This document shows, piece after piece, positions 9,491 to 19,084 of a stretch of DNA of 64,000 nt (the first letter of the stretch is position 1; every line of letters begins with the position of its first letter). The translations under genes were made by a program, and so were the position numbers. Source of the DNA: a virus. The notes beneath the pieces are model-generated. The model was not told the origin of the DNA, searched no databases, and saw only the letters and a list, made by a program, of their open reading frames with translations. The stretch lies in the IMG/VR virus record IMGVR_UViG_3300025865_000006, positions 32,001 through 96,000 of that record; one strand, 5' to 3'.

Positions 9491-10243
9491 ATGTCATTCT
9501 CAGACGAACTACAAACAAAATCTTTCGATGAAACTAGAAAGCGCACAGGCGCTCAGTATGTAAAGTTTACCGAAGACCACCGTACTGTCCTACGTATTCT
9601 TGATACACATGCAAGAACCGTATGGAAGCATTGGATTGGAGAAGCCAATGGTGGCAGGGGCATGATGGCAAACTGCCCAAATACTCCGAGTAACCGTATC
9701 TGTCCGGTATGTAAGCAGATTGATGGGCTATCAAATGATGATCCTACCAAGATGGAGCGTAAGGCAAAGCGTCGATTTATTGTTAACGCATTAGACAGAA
9801 CTCCAACCACAGTATGTACCTCCTGTAATACAGTTGTATCTGGAAAGGTTTGCTCTAACTGCCAAGCCAATCTTAAGAAGAACGATTTTGTTCCGCTGAA
9901 CAAGATCAAGATTCTTGAAGGTGGACCGAACCTATTTAACCAGACACTTAATGCTGTTGAAAAGATTCAGGCTGAGGATTTTGAGGTTGATATCACCGGC
10001 TATGATATTAATTTCACATCTACTGGTAAGTTGCGTGATCGAAAGATTGCCGCGCTGCCACAAAGTCCGTCTGAATTGTCAGAGGATGCATTAAATGATC
10101 CCGAGACAGATGAGCCGCAGAAGATTTATGATCTTGATTTACTTTCAGAGCCTACTCCTGTGGAAGAGATTGAAGCCATGTTGCGTGGTGCAACAATGGA
10201 CGAACTAAACGCTCTCCGTGGAGTGGTACCGACTCCTTTCTAA
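9491..10243 (+). CDS. Single-stranded DNA-binding protein, T4 gp32-like
   Basis: LRIL...HW...CP...CPVC Zn motif, KRRFIVNALDR, GYDINF, acidic C-terminus; strong RBS AAAGGAG. Confidence 0.7.
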   Translation: MSFSDELQTKSFDETRKRTGAQYVKFTEDHRTVLRILDTHARTVWKHWIGEANGGRGMMANCPNTPSNRICPVCKQIDGLSNDDPTKMERKAKRRFIVNALDRTPTTVCTSCNTVVSGKVCSNCQANLKKNDFVPLNKIKILEGGPNLFNQTLNAVEKIQAEDFEVDITGYDINFTSTGKLRDRKIAALPQSPSELSEDALNDPETDEPQKIYDLDLLSEPTPVEEIEAMLRGATMDELNALRGVVPTPF

Positions 10244-10256
10244 TTAGAGGCTAGCC

Positions 10257-10640
10257 ATGACAGAGGATACAAAAAAATCTCTGTCACAATGGCGCTTTGA
10301 GATAAAAAGATTTGGAAAGCCTATTTGGAGTAAGTTCTATACTTCCCAAGTAGGCTTTCCAGTATCTAATTATCCTAGATTCTATCAGGCTCTTAATCGT
10401 TATGGGGAATCTATTCTCTTTGAGGCAATCCTATCTTCATCTGATCGTACCTTTGATAATGATCCTTTAGCCTACGTGCTAAAGGTAGCGTTTAATAAGT
10501 GGAAAGAGGCAGAGGATGAGGCGGATGCTAGTGAGGAATACGAAGAGGAAATAACCAAGGCAAAGAAAGAGAGCCGTCGCCAAAGTGACGCATTACAGAA
10601 GAGATTAGAGAAGGCGCGGAGAGTGAAGAGTGATAAATAA
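10257..10640 (+). CDS. Possible DnaD-like replication/helicase-loader protein
   Basis: YGESILFEAI...LAYVLKVAFNKW resembles the DnaD YxxKILxxW motif; upstream of DnaB. Confidence 0.4.
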   Translation: MTEDTKKSLSQWRFEIKRFGKPIWSKFYTSQVGFPVSNYPRFYQALNRYGESILFEAILSSSDRTFDNDPLAYVLKVAFNKWKEAEDEADASEEYEEEITKAKKESRRQSDALQKRLEKARRVKSDK

Positions 10641-10860
10641 GTATGACCCATCGGATTGCCCCAAATGTGGTGATTGGCGTGACGGTCCACAATCTGATTG
10701 TGCTAATTGCGGTTATCATGGGCACCGTGCTTCCGAAGAGGATGATCGTGGTGGAGCAATGGACGCAAAGTGTATTGATTGTGGAGTAGTAATTTGGCGT
10801 TCAGGCTTTGGGCTTGTTGGTCCGTGGAGGGTAAAAATTGATAAACGAGATACCATTTAA
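10630..10860 (+). CDS. Small Cys-rich (Zn-ribbon) protein
   Basis: CPKC, CANC, CIDC; overlaps both neighbours. Confidence 0.45.
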   Translation: MINKYDPSDCPKCGDWRDGPQSDCANCGYHGHRASEEDDRGGAMDAKCIDCGVVIWRSGFGLVGPWRVKIDKRDTI

Positions 10861-12139
10861 CGAAGAGATGGAGCGGGCATTAGTTGTAGGCGTGTTACAA
10901 GACCCTTTGATCCTCCCGAAGATTATAACAGTAGTATCATCGGATGATTTCTTTAAAGAAGTCCACAGAGAAATATTTCGGGCTATAGAAAATAGCGAAA
11001 CAATAGATTCTCTTACCATAAAGAACGCATTGAAGCCAGAGACAAAAGAATACTTTCAGAAGTTAGTAGACAATGCAGATAGGTTGCTTCCCAATATTTC
11101 TAATATCTTCTATTACGCAGAAGAAATCCGGGGCAAGTCAAGGTTACGATCTGGTATCGAATTGGGTAGGCAGATAGCAACCTTGTGCTATGAGGAAGCA
11201 TCATCCGAAGAGGCGATGCACAAGTTAGAGGAAATGTTCTCATCATTCTTGTCACGTCAGGTAGTTAGCGACTACTTAGTGTCTACTAAGGAAGCGTTTG
11301 TCGAGTTTACAAAAGAGATTCACGAAAGAATTAAGAAGAAGGCTACGGGTATTGAGACAGGGTTTAATCAGATTGACCTGTTAATCAACAGACTAGAAGA
11401 TTTAGTAATCCTAGCAGCCCGGCCCGGAATGGGAAAAACAGCACTAGCAATCAACATCGCTAGAAATGTAGCAGTAAGTAAATCTGTTCTGTTCTTTTCA
11501 TTAGAGCAGTCTAGGGACCAGATATTTGAAAGAATTCTGGCAGCGGAATCAGAAGTAAATCATGAGGACATTAGAACTGGTGCATTTATTGCTGAACCGA
11601 AGGATAAAGAGAAGGTAGAGAAGGCGCAGGAAGCGCTCCTAAAGGTATTCGAAAGAATACATGTAGACGATAAGCCCGGCGTTAACGCCGCGTATATTGC
11701 CTCAGTTGCTAGACAAAAGAAGTATGAGTGGGGAGAGATAGGATTAATCATTGTTGACTATCTCCATATCATGCGCATGAGCGATAAGTTAAACACGGTA
11801 GAGGCTCTTGGAGAGGCTACTAAAGACCTTCGCAATCTAGGTAAGGAACTAGGTTGTCCGGTCTTGCTACTTGCACAGTTATCACGTCAGAATGAGAACC
11901 GGGAAGTTAATAAGAAACCTAATAAGCGGCCACAACTGTCAGACTTACGTGCTTCGGGTGAAATCGAACAGACAGCAGACATTGTAATGTTTCTCTATCG
12001 AGATAGTTACTATGATCTAGCAGGGATGGGTCCAGAAGATGACTCAATGGAAGTCATCGTGCAGAAGCATAGGAATGGACGCACAGGTATAGCAACAATT
12101 AGATGGCTTCCTCGCTTTGTCTTGTTTAAAGACTTTTAA
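10838..12139 (+). CDS. dnaB: Replicative DNA helicase DnaB
   Basis: N-terminal EMERALV...DFF...HREIF; Walker A AARPGMGKT; FSLEQ; IIVDYL; AQLSR; RPQLSDLRASGEIEQTAD; KHRNG. Confidence 0.97.
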   Translation: MINEIPFNEEMERALVVGVLQDPLILPKIITVVSSDDFFKEVHREIFRAIENSETIDSLTIKNALKPETKEYFQKLVDNADRLLPNISNIFYYAEEIRGKSRLRSGIELGRQIATLCYEEASSEEAMHKLEEMFSSFLSRQVVSDYLVSTKEAFVEFTKEIHERIKKKATGIETGFNQIDLLINRLEDLVILAARPGMGKTALAINIARNVAVSKSVLFFSLEQSRDQIFERILAAESEVNHEDIRTGAFIAEPKDKEKVEKAQEALLKVFERIHVDDKPGVNAAYIASVARQKKYEWGEIGLIIVDYLHIMRMSDKLNTVEALGEATKDLRNLGKELGCPVLLLAQLSRQNENREVNKKPNKRPQLSDLRASGEIEQTADIVMFLYRDSYYDLAGMGPEDDSMEVIVQKHRNGRTGIATIRWLPRFVLFKDF

Positions 12140-12150
12140 CGAGGTAGATT

Positions 12151-12792
12151 ATGTATAATAAAAATCAAAGGGTAAGGAAGCAGTATAAGTGCAGTATATG
12201 TAGTAAGGTATATTACCGATGGCAAGCAATGTGTTCTGCTTGTAAGAAGGCAGGAACATTAGAAGTTGATAATCAGATTGTTCCTAAAGTTAAAGCATCT
12301 CCATCACAAAGATCATTGATACGAAGATCAAAGCAGTCGGAGCGTGATATTGGTAAGAGAATGCTGGATGCCGATGGGCCTGATCCTATGTTCTCTAAGA
12401 TTGCCTCTTCTACAGGAAGGGTAGGGCACATTACAAGCCTTAGATTTGATACTGTTTCTAGGACATACGCAACAGAGAATAAGAATAGGAAGTTACCTGT
12501 CTGGCTAATTAAAGCATGGATACTGATCCAACAACGGGCACACGATTTTAATAAGAACGCTCTGCTACATATAGAGCCACCTAACCTTCCAAAAACTGTT
12601 CCCATTAATGGGCAGCAGCTAAAGATGGGAAATATGGCTATCATAACTCAGGAGCATCATGAAGAATTAATACACCATGAACAGGCACTAGCAGCAGTGA
12701 TAGGGATTTTACAGGAAGAAACATCTTCACTTAACGACAAGTTCTCTAGGATCACCGGCTACCTATTAACTAGCGACCATCTAAAGAAATAA
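12151..12792 (+). CDS. RadA/Sms-type Zn ribbon fused to a putative PD-(D/E)XK resolvase-like domain
   Basis: YKCSIC...W...CSAC...GTL N-terminus; ERD...D...ENK motif. Confidence 0.45.
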   Translation: MYNKNQRVRKQYKCSICSKVYYRWQAMCSACKKAGTLEVDNQIVPKVKASPSQRSLIRRSKQSERDIGKRMLDADGPDPMFSKIASSTGRVGHITSLRFDTVSRTYATENKNRKLPVWLIKAWILIQQRAHDFNKNALLHIEPPNLPKTVPINGQQLKMGNMAIITQEHHEELIHHEQALAAVIGILQEETSSLNDKFSRITGYLLTSDHLKK

Positions 12793-12800
12793 ATCGGGAG

Positions 12801-12829
12801 TTGCATTGTACGCCCTGTTCTGCTAGAAT
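12801..12829 (+). promoter_or_regulatory. Promoter TTGCAT-N17-TAGAAT with extended -10
   Basis: Intergenic; upstream of RBS AAGGAG and ATG 12870. Confidence 0.55.
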
Positions 12830-12869
12830 AGGGGGAGCCAGAAAGGGCAAAGAAGAAAAGGAGCAGCAA

Positions 12870-13031
12870 ATGAAAGAAGACGATAGCAGGGTTATCGTAT
12901 TGCTTGATGACTTGCTACACGACCTGAGGTACCAGATCAATGCAGCCGATAGCGGCGATGTGATCCGGCTAATTTCAACACTGGAGAATTTTTTCGCAGA
13001 TATTCTAGCTACGCTTAACGAAAGGACGTGA
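12870..13031 (+). CDS. Hypothetical protein
   Basis: ATG after AAGGAG; the track start at 12801 falls on the promoter. Confidence 0.55.
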   Translation: MKEDDSRVIVLLDDLLHDLRYQINAADSGDVIRLISTLENFFADILATLNERT

Positions 13032-13032
13032 A

Positions 13033-13263
13033 ATGAAATACAAAGCTGATATTGAAGTTGGAAATATATTTGGTTGGGCGGATGAAAAACGTCCCATGAT
13101 CTTTATAAAGAAGGGAAATCACATACTTATTCATGATGGATACTTTCTTGCACGTAAGCGCCCCCTACGTTGGTGGCACGTAGCATCTTGGTATCGTGTA
13201 TGCAAAGCCCTTTGGAAGATGCCTTTTGTGGAGGAAAGCAAGCCACTAAAGAGGGGGGTATAA
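13033..13263 (+). CDS. Hypothetical protein
   Basis: RBS and operon packing. Confidence 0.5.
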   Translation: MKYKADIEVGNIFGWADEKRPMIFIKKGNHILIHDGYFLARKRPLRWWHVASWYRVCKALWKMPFVEESKPLKRGV

Positions 13264-13394
13264 ATGGAGCACATTAGGTTCGGAGACTATATTGGCAGAA
13301 TGCTGCACTACTTCAAAGGGGATATCCGTTTCTATGGTGTTATCACAAGCAAGTGGGGCTTTGGCGCTATTCATTGGATACGAAAGGATGATGA

Positions 13395-13715
13395 ATGAAG
13401 ATAGTTTATATTGCTCATGCCCTAAGTGGAGCATGGGATGAAGGTATTTTAGCAGCCAAGCAGTATGCTTTACGAGCAGCGGTTCTTGGGTACATGCCTA
13501 TTGCTCCCTACATTCTTATGGACGGCGTTTTGGATGACACGGATATACAGGATAGAAACCTTGGGATGCAGTTAGATTTAAAGCAACTTACAAACTGCGA
13601 AGAAATCTGGCTCTGTGGGGAAAGAATTAGTAATGGTATGGAGAAGGAGCAAGAGTTAGCAGCCCTAATACATCTTACAGAAAAGAGATTTCTTAGCCCA
13701 TCGGAGTGTGTATGA
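13395..13715 (+). CDS. DUF4406-like (nucleoside deoxyribosyltransferase-fold) protein
   Basis: VYIAHAL...PIAP...LTNCEEIWL.G..ISNGMEKE. Confidence 0.7.
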   Translation: MKIVYIAHALSGAWDEGILAAKQYALRAAVLGYMPIAPYILMDGVLDDTDIQDRNLGMQLDLKQLTNCEEIWLCGERISNGMEKEQELAALIHLTEKRFLSPSECV

Positions 13716-13868
13716 AAATCTGCGAAGACTTTTGGGATGAGTTTCTTGTTACAGCGAAGATGCTGTATTACATCGATAAGGAAGCAGAGGTCTATGACGT
13801 ATTCGAATTTATCCGCTCTCACCAGCAGGGTGCAAGTCCCTACGGTGTAAACTTTCTAAAGCGGATCG

Positions 13869-14192
13869 ATGGGGAGATTGAGAAAGAGGAAGGACCATTT
13901 GAATATCACGGACTTATGGGATGAGGTAGAGACTTATCTTAGGCAAGTGAATGTGCATGAGGATGGAGAACACGTGTGGACTAACTACCAGAACGTGGTA
14001 GCCATTATCATGCGCCTACAGGAGATACACAATCAACTAGCACTAATGGAAGTAAAGAGTGAATCTACTGTAGAGATTAAAAGGTTTCGCACTATGATCG
14101 TTGATCCAACCATAGAACGTTTGGAAAAGGTAGCAGCGTTTGAGTCCCGCAAAATGACGGGCAAATCAATTGAAGCACAGTTAGAAAGGTAA
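13869..14192 (+). CDS. Hypothetical helical protein
   Basis: Operon packing; coiled-coil-like composition. Confidence 0.5.
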   Translation: MGRLRKRKDHLNITDLWDEVETYLRQVNVHEDGEHVWTNYQNVVAIIMRLQEIHNQLALMEVKSESTVEIKRFRTMIVDPTIERLEKVAAFESRKMTGKSIEAQLER

Positions 14193-14196
14193 AGAA

Positions 14197-14454
14197 ATGC
14201 AAACAGCCATGCGGAACACGGATCGAGTAGTTGTTGAAATGGATACCGCCAGTCGTTATAGCTATGTTATCAAGAAGCCAGTTGTTCGGGTAGAAATTTT
14301 AGACCTAGAAACAGGTTTACATGCTAATGGTAATGCTCGGTGTACTCCCGATGATGATTGGGACGAAGATTTTGGTATTAGCCTTGCTACTACACGGGCA
14401 ACTAAGCGGCTTTGTGGTAAGCAGGAAAAGTATTTAGTGCGAAGTACAGACTAG
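14197..14454 (+). CDS. Hypothetical phage protein (possible Rv2632c/dsRBD-like fold)
   Basis: GNARCTPDDDWDEDFGISLA..RA motif. Confidence 0.45.
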   Translation: MQTAMRNTDRVVVEMDTASRYSYVIKKPVVRVEILDLETGLHANGNARCTPDDDWDEDFGISLATTRATKRLCGKQEKYLVRSTD

Positions 14455-14645
14455 GAGATGCTGTTTATGGCGAGGGAATTATCCAAGACTAAGATTGGCA
14501 AGCATTCTATGAATGCTTTTAGACTTACAAGCTTGGCTGGCCAATTAGGTCGCCAAGGGGTAAAAGGGCCGGTGGAATTATTTGATAAGGCGTCTAAGCC
14601 CCCTCGTCCAAAGAAGAAAAGAACGCCTAGGGCGAGGGCTAACTA

Positions 14646-14909
14646 ATGCAAAGAAGGTTCCCCATTGGATTCTTTACGATTTTTGGAGAGGCACTAGCAG
14701 CCAAGACCAAGGAAATGTTGGAGAATCCAAACAACACATATCAGATCAGAAAGAGTTCGACGGGAGGCAAGAAAGGTAGCTCTGCCGCCCCTAAAGATGT
14801 ATTTAATTTGGTGCAAAGGGTAACAGCCAGTGAGGCTGATCAGGTTATCCATACAGCACAGAAGTTGAAGAGAAGGAAGAAACACCGTGTCAAAAATTAC
14901 CAAGGCTAA
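14646..14909 (+). CDS. Hypothetical basic protein
   Basis: TAATG coupling with the 14458-14646 ORF. Confidence 0.5.
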   Translation: MQRRFPIGFFTIFGEALAAKTKEMLENPNNTYQIRKSSTGGKKGSSAAPKDVFNLVQRVTASEADQVIHTAQKLKRRKKHRVKNYQG

Positions 14910-15183
14910 TTATAAAGCTATGACGGACACCCCCGGTAAAATCCAGTTGATTGCAGCCAACAGCATGTATGAGACTGTTATCTCTGATTCCTTGCAGTCT
15001 CTTTATAAGAGTGGTAGTAGGGTGAAGGCGCAGTTTTCCTTCAATGCAAACAAGCTTAACGTGCATCCGCTTACATACGTGTTCCTTGTTATTGGTGGGG
15101 ATATTACGGGAAGCTATTTATTGAAGCCCTCGATCACGGATATCACTGCTGTTCGTGCTCTCAATGTAGAGTGGGAGATTTAA
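14887..15183 (+). CDS. Hypothetical protein
   Basis: Operon packing. Confidence 0.5.
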   Translation: MSKITKANYKAMTDTPGKIQLIAANSMYETVISDSLQSLYKSGSRVKAQFSFNANKLNVHPLTYVFLVIGGDITGSYLLKPSITDITAVRALNVEWEI

Positions 15184-15828
15184 ATGGGCTACCAGCATTG
15201 TATCTGTGGTTGTGATAGTAAGTATGAGCGGAGTCACATCGAACAGTATCTCAAAGGCTCGGATCAAATGATTGACGATGATACTGAGCGCAAGGGGTTT
15301 AAATCAGGCATTCAAAGTGCCCTTAACGAATTGGATATGATGATGCCAGCAGAAATTAAGAAGCAGCAGGAATGCCTCTGGCCGGAATTCGGATGTGCTT
15401 ACCTTCAGAAATTTTGGCCGGAGGGAGTTAAGGCTAAGGAAGAACCAATGCCTAAGGAAACAATGTGGGAGCCACAAATGCAAGAGAAAACATTAGTAGA
15501 AAAGGGATGGGAGTACGCAAAAATGTTATCAGATAGAGAGGATCAGGACCTATTCGGTATACTGGTTGGCCCTGATAGGTATAAATTTAAGGTTGAGGTT
15601 TGGAAAGGTGACTGGAATAGTTGTCCTCCCGAAGAGGAACCTATCGAGTTAAAGGTAACTCGTGCAATGAGTTGGAAGCTTAATGATTGGAATAACGATG
15701 AGAGCGGCGGTCCGGGCCTATTGTTTTCCTCTGTATTTGAGACTCCGAATGGAAAGCCTTATACCTTTAATGTTGTTATTCCTAAGGGTGATTTAATTAA
15801 GGCACTAGCAACGTTAGAGAGAGATTAA
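15184..15828 (+). CDS. Hypothetical protein
   Basis: 214-aa ORF in the operon. Confidence 0.55.
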   Translation: MGYQHCICGCDSKYERSHIEQYLKGSDQMIDDDTERKGFKSGIQSALNELDMMMPAEIKKQQECLWPEFGCAYLQKFWPEGVKAKEEPMPKETMWEPQMQEKTLVEKGWEYAKMLSDREDQDLFGILVGPDRYKFKVEVWKGDWNSCPPEEEPIELKVTRAMSWKLNDWNNDESGGPGLLFSSVFETPNGKPYTFNVVIPKGDLIKALATLERD

Positions 15829-15834
15829 TGGTAC

Positions 15835-16269
15835 ATGCTCGCTATTAATGAGCAGTTAGAGATTGCCTATTTAGCAGGGTTTTTTGATGGGGAGGGCTGT
15901 ATACTTATAGCCAAAACTAAAACTAAGTTAGGTAGAGCCTCTTATGAATTAAGAATTGGTGCTACCCAAGTAGATACTAGACCGATATTGCTATTAGAAC
16001 AACAGTTTGGGGGGCTAGTTAGAAAAAGGACTTATAAAAATCAGCCGAAATGGAATGATCAGTATACGTGGAACCAAGTTTCACAAAAGGCTGCTTACAC
16101 ATTAAAATTACTACTACCATATTTGGTGGTGAAGTATGATCAGGCTGTATTTGCCCTAGAATTTGCTAATGTATGCAGTACTTATCATGCTAAAGTAAAG
16201 ACAGAAGAGGATTTAATTTGGTTCGAGGAACAAAAACGAATCCTTTCTAAGATGAAAGGAAGACTATAA
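15835..16269 (+). CDS. Free-standing LAGLIDADG homing endonuclease
   Basis: AYLAGFFDGEGCI; FGG; LLPYLVVK. Confidence 0.9.
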   Translation: MLAINEQLEIAYLAGFFDGEGCILIAKTKTKLGRASYELRIGATQVDTRPILLLEQQFGGLVRKRTYKNQPKWNDQYTWNQVSQKAAYTLKLLLPYLVVKYDQAVFALEFANVCSTYHAKVKTEEDLIWFEEQKRILSKMKGRL

Positions 16270-16270
16270 G

Positions 16271-17056
16271 ATGGTTACACATGTAAGCTATAGTTGGCTT
16301 CATACTTTTGCTTGTCCATATGCAAATTTCCTAAGGTATGACGGAAAATTTCGTGGGTCTACCACTAGATTCCTTGCCTTAGGAAGCGCATTACACTTGG
16401 CGTTAGAGCTATGCCATACACCTGAAAAGGACTTCAATCTAACAGGAGCAATTAAAACATTCAAGACAGAGTTTAGTCGTATTATTCAGGATGAAGAAGT
16501 ATTCATTACGTACCCTAATATGATCAAGGCCAATGCAGAAGGTGCAGAGATGCTTGGTCTGTATCAGCATGGGCTAGACACAGGAAAGATTAATCCAATC
16601 CTCATTGATGTAGAGAAAGAGTTTGCTATTCCATTTGAGGGTATTGAGATTGTGGGTAAGATCGACAAAGTTGAGGGAACGGAAGACGGTTCAGGATATA
16701 GTATCGTGGACTACAAATCAGGAAGTAAGAAGCCTGATCCTTGGTTCCTAAATCACAATCTACAGTTTACCGCTTACGCATGGGCTGGTTTGTTGTCTTA
16801 TGGGGATTTGCCACAGAAATTAGTGTGGCACCATCTACGTACAGGAGAATTACTAGAGACTACAAGAACCCTACAGGATATTGAAGAGTTAAAGCAGATG
16901 ATCCGTGACACACAACATATGCGGGAGCAGGGTATTCGTTACCGTGTCTACCACGAGCAGGTATGTGGGTGGTGTGAATTCAAGGGACCAGTCTGTGACG
17001 ATAGAGAGCTAGAGAAGAAGATTCTAAATGGCCAGAAAACTTCTACCCGCCGATGA
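16271..17056 (+). CDS. PD-(D/E)XK (RecB/Cas4-like) exonuclease
   Basis: SYS...CP; GSALH; EKEF...GKIDKV...IVDYKSG; QFTAYA; C-terminal CGWCEFKGPVC. Confidence 0.9.
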   Translation: MVTHVSYSWLHTFACPYANFLRYDGKFRGSTTRFLALGSALHLALELCHTPEKDFNLTGAIKTFKTEFSRIIQDEEVFITYPNMIKANAEGAEMLGLYQHGLDTGKINPILIDVEKEFAIPFEGIEIVGKIDKVEGTEDGSGYSIVDYKSGSKKPDPWFLNHNLQFTAYAWAGLLSYGDLPQKLVWHHLRTGELLETTRTLQDIEELKQMIRDTQHMREQGIRYRVYHEQVCGWCEFKGPVCDDRELEKKILNGQKTSTRR

Positions 17057-17270
17057 GTACCAAAGGATATTAGATAGTCAGGAAGGCTATTGTGCAATTT
17101 GTAGAATGTATAGATGTGGACACCCTTTGCGCCCGGATTATGACGCAGATGCCAAAATCGTTAGAGGTCTACTTTGTGATCGCTGTTCTCGTATTATATA
17201 TACTCTGTGGGAAAGTCCTACTGTCCTGCGTCAAGCAATTGGATATCTAGAGAAGTTTGGATGTGTCTAA
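17028..17270 (+). CDS. Endonuclease VII-like protein (degenerate active site)
   Basis: Q.GYCAIC...VRGLLCDRC; the usual DHDH is DYDA and the catalytic Asn position is Ser. Confidence 0.7.
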   Translation: MARKLLPADEYQRILDSQEGYCAICRMYRCGHPLRPDYDADAKIVRGLLCDRCSRIIYTLWESPTVLRQAIGYLEKFGCV

Positions 17271-17353
17271 GATTAAGTGTAGCCATCCCCTACCTCTTAT
17301 GAAGTATGGCTACATTCGTTGGTGCGTTACATGCGGAAAGTGGTGGAACATAA

Positions 17354-17902
17354 ATGGATAATCTACCCAAGCGATTAGAGCCTTACTTTAAGATAGCCCT
17401 AAAGGAAACTGATAAGTCTCCCTGCGTAAGACGTAAGTATGCAGCGATGATTGTTTATGATTGGTATGGTGACATTGGTGACGAGGGAACTGAATGGAAT
17501 CCTTGGCATCTAGCATATAATGAGGGAGTAACTAATCAATGTAAGGATCACTGTATTCGTGATCGTTACTCGACTGTTCATGGGCAAAATATGGAACGTG
17601 GAGCAGAAATCCATGCAGAGCAAGCCGCTCTGATCAAGGCAGGAATTCACCACCTTCATTCTTATTTTCTTGTTGTAGGAATAGGTAAGGAAGGAGTGGA
17701 ATTGCTTGGTAATTATAATCTTCCTTGCCATGCTTGTGCGGTAATGTTAAAGTGGGCAGGATATACGTATATCTATCACAAGGATGAGAACGGAGCAATT
17801 AGTCCCATTTCCGTTACTGACATTATCGAGTATCGGGAAGCTGAGACAGACGCCTTGTTAAGTAACTTCACATACAGGAAAGACGCTCCAAATGACTACT
17901 AA
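17354..17902 (+). CDS. dCMP deaminase-family protein
   Basis: SPCVRRKY; HAEQAAL; PCHAC zinc-deaminase motifs. Confidence 0.85.
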   Translation: MDNLPKRLEPYFKIALKETDKSPCVRRKYAAMIVYDWYGDIGDEGTEWNPWHLAYNEGVTNQCKDHCIRDRYSTVHGQNMERGAEIHAEQAALIKAGIHHLHSYFLVVGIGKEGVELLGNYNLPCHACAVMLKWAGYTYIYHKDENGAISPISVTDIIEYREAETDALLSNFTYRKDAPNDY

Positions 17903-18113
17903 GATGTATGAAAGTTTCTACGATTGTATGGTTGACCTAGGGAATACTTTAGGGATCAGCAAGGTAGAAGATTTGGATATAGCAATCAAGTTTATGGACC
18001 AGAATAACTTTAAAGAGATGGCTGACTACCTACGGAAACAGTCCCTTAAATTTGCTAGGCATACCAAAAAGGAGATGGAAGATGGGCCTTCGGTTACTAC
18101 ATGTCGAACTTAA
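17892..18113 (+). CDS. Hypothetical protein
   Basis: Operon packing. Confidence 0.45.
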   Translation: MTTKMYESFYDCMVDLGNTLGISKVEDLDIAIKFMDQNNFKEMADYLRKQSLKFARHTKKEMEDGPSVTTCRT

Positions 18114-18534
18114 GGAAGCTAATGCCTTCGTGGAAGAGTTTCATCGTCATCATCAGCGTGTTCAGGGCCATAGATTCTCGTTGGGTGCGTATGAAGAAGA
18201 TCACCTTGTTGGAGTGGCCATTGTTGGGCGACCAGTTGGTGGGCAGCACCAAGGCGATTGGCTTGAAATCACGAGACTTTGTACTGACGGTACTCATAAC
18301 GCTTGCTCCTTTCTATACGGCGCAGCAGCACGAGCAGGCAAAGTTTTGGGGTATAAACGCATTCAGACCTATATCCTATCGGATGAGCGAGGGACATCTT
18401 TACAAGCGGCTGGCTGGAAGTTTGATCGAATGTCGCATCCGATTGGGTGGCACCATGACGGTCCTACGCGATCTGCTCGGTCCGTTGAGCAACATTTGAT
18501 GGGGCCTAAGCAACTTTGGTATCGAGATATTTGA
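18082..18534 (+). CDS. XF1762-family / Mom-like GNAT-fold protein
   Basis: EANAFV..FHRHH; LVGVAIVGRPV; EITRLCTDG..NACSFLY; GTSLQAAGW. ATG 18082 follows AGGAG. Confidence 0.8.
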   Translation: MGLRLLHVELKEANAFVEEFHRHHQRVQGHRFSLGAYEEDHLVGVAIVGRPVGGQHQGDWLEITRLCTDGTHNACSFLYGAAARAGKVLGYKRIQTYILSDERGTSLQAAGWKFDRMSHPIGWHHDGPTRSARSVEQHLMGPKQLWYRDI

Positions 18535-18535
18535 T

Positions 18536-19084
18536 ATGTTAGCAACACCTAAACTGGCACCGGCAACCTATGTAAAACGGTATGCTTTCATGGGACCAAT
18601 GTGTTCAGGCAAGTCCTACTGCGCCGACTATCTTGTAGAAAACTACGGGTTTTACAAGATGGGCTTTGCCAGCAAGCTAAAGGCCATCGCCTATGACCTG
18701 TACGGGATCAAGGGAAAGGACGGCGACTCCCGTAGGATACTTCAAGAGTTAGCAGACGATTTAAAAAAGTACGATAAAGATTTATTTATTAAACACCTTT
18801 TATTTCGTGCTAAGAAGGAAGAAGATATGTCTATTGTAGTAGACGATCTTCGTTTCAAACCAGAAGCCGATGCTTTACGCAATAACGGTTTCAAAATCAT
18901 AAAGGTCACTTGTGAGGACTCACTGCGGCAGGAACGCATATCCCGCCTCTACCCTACGGCCCCACAGAGCGCGCAGGAGCACCGTTCGGAACAGGAGTGG
19001 ACCAGCATACCGGCGGACTATTCACTTGTGAGCAACAACATCAATGCAACATTTGACATGATCGATATGTTGGGGCTAGAATGA
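18536..19084 (+). CDS. Deoxynucleoside monophosphate kinase
   Basis: P-loop GPMCSGKS; FASKLK; R.ILQ; VVDDLRF..EA; HRSE. Confidence 0.85.
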   Translation: MLATPKLAPATYVKRYAFMGPMCSGKSYCADYLVENYGFYKMGFASKLKAIAYDLYGIKGKDGDSRRILQELADDLKKYDKDLFIKHLLFRAKKEEDMSIVVDDLRFKPEADALRNNGFKIIKVTCEDSLRQERISRLYPTAPQSAQEHRSEQEWTSIPADYSLVSNNINATFDMIDMLGLE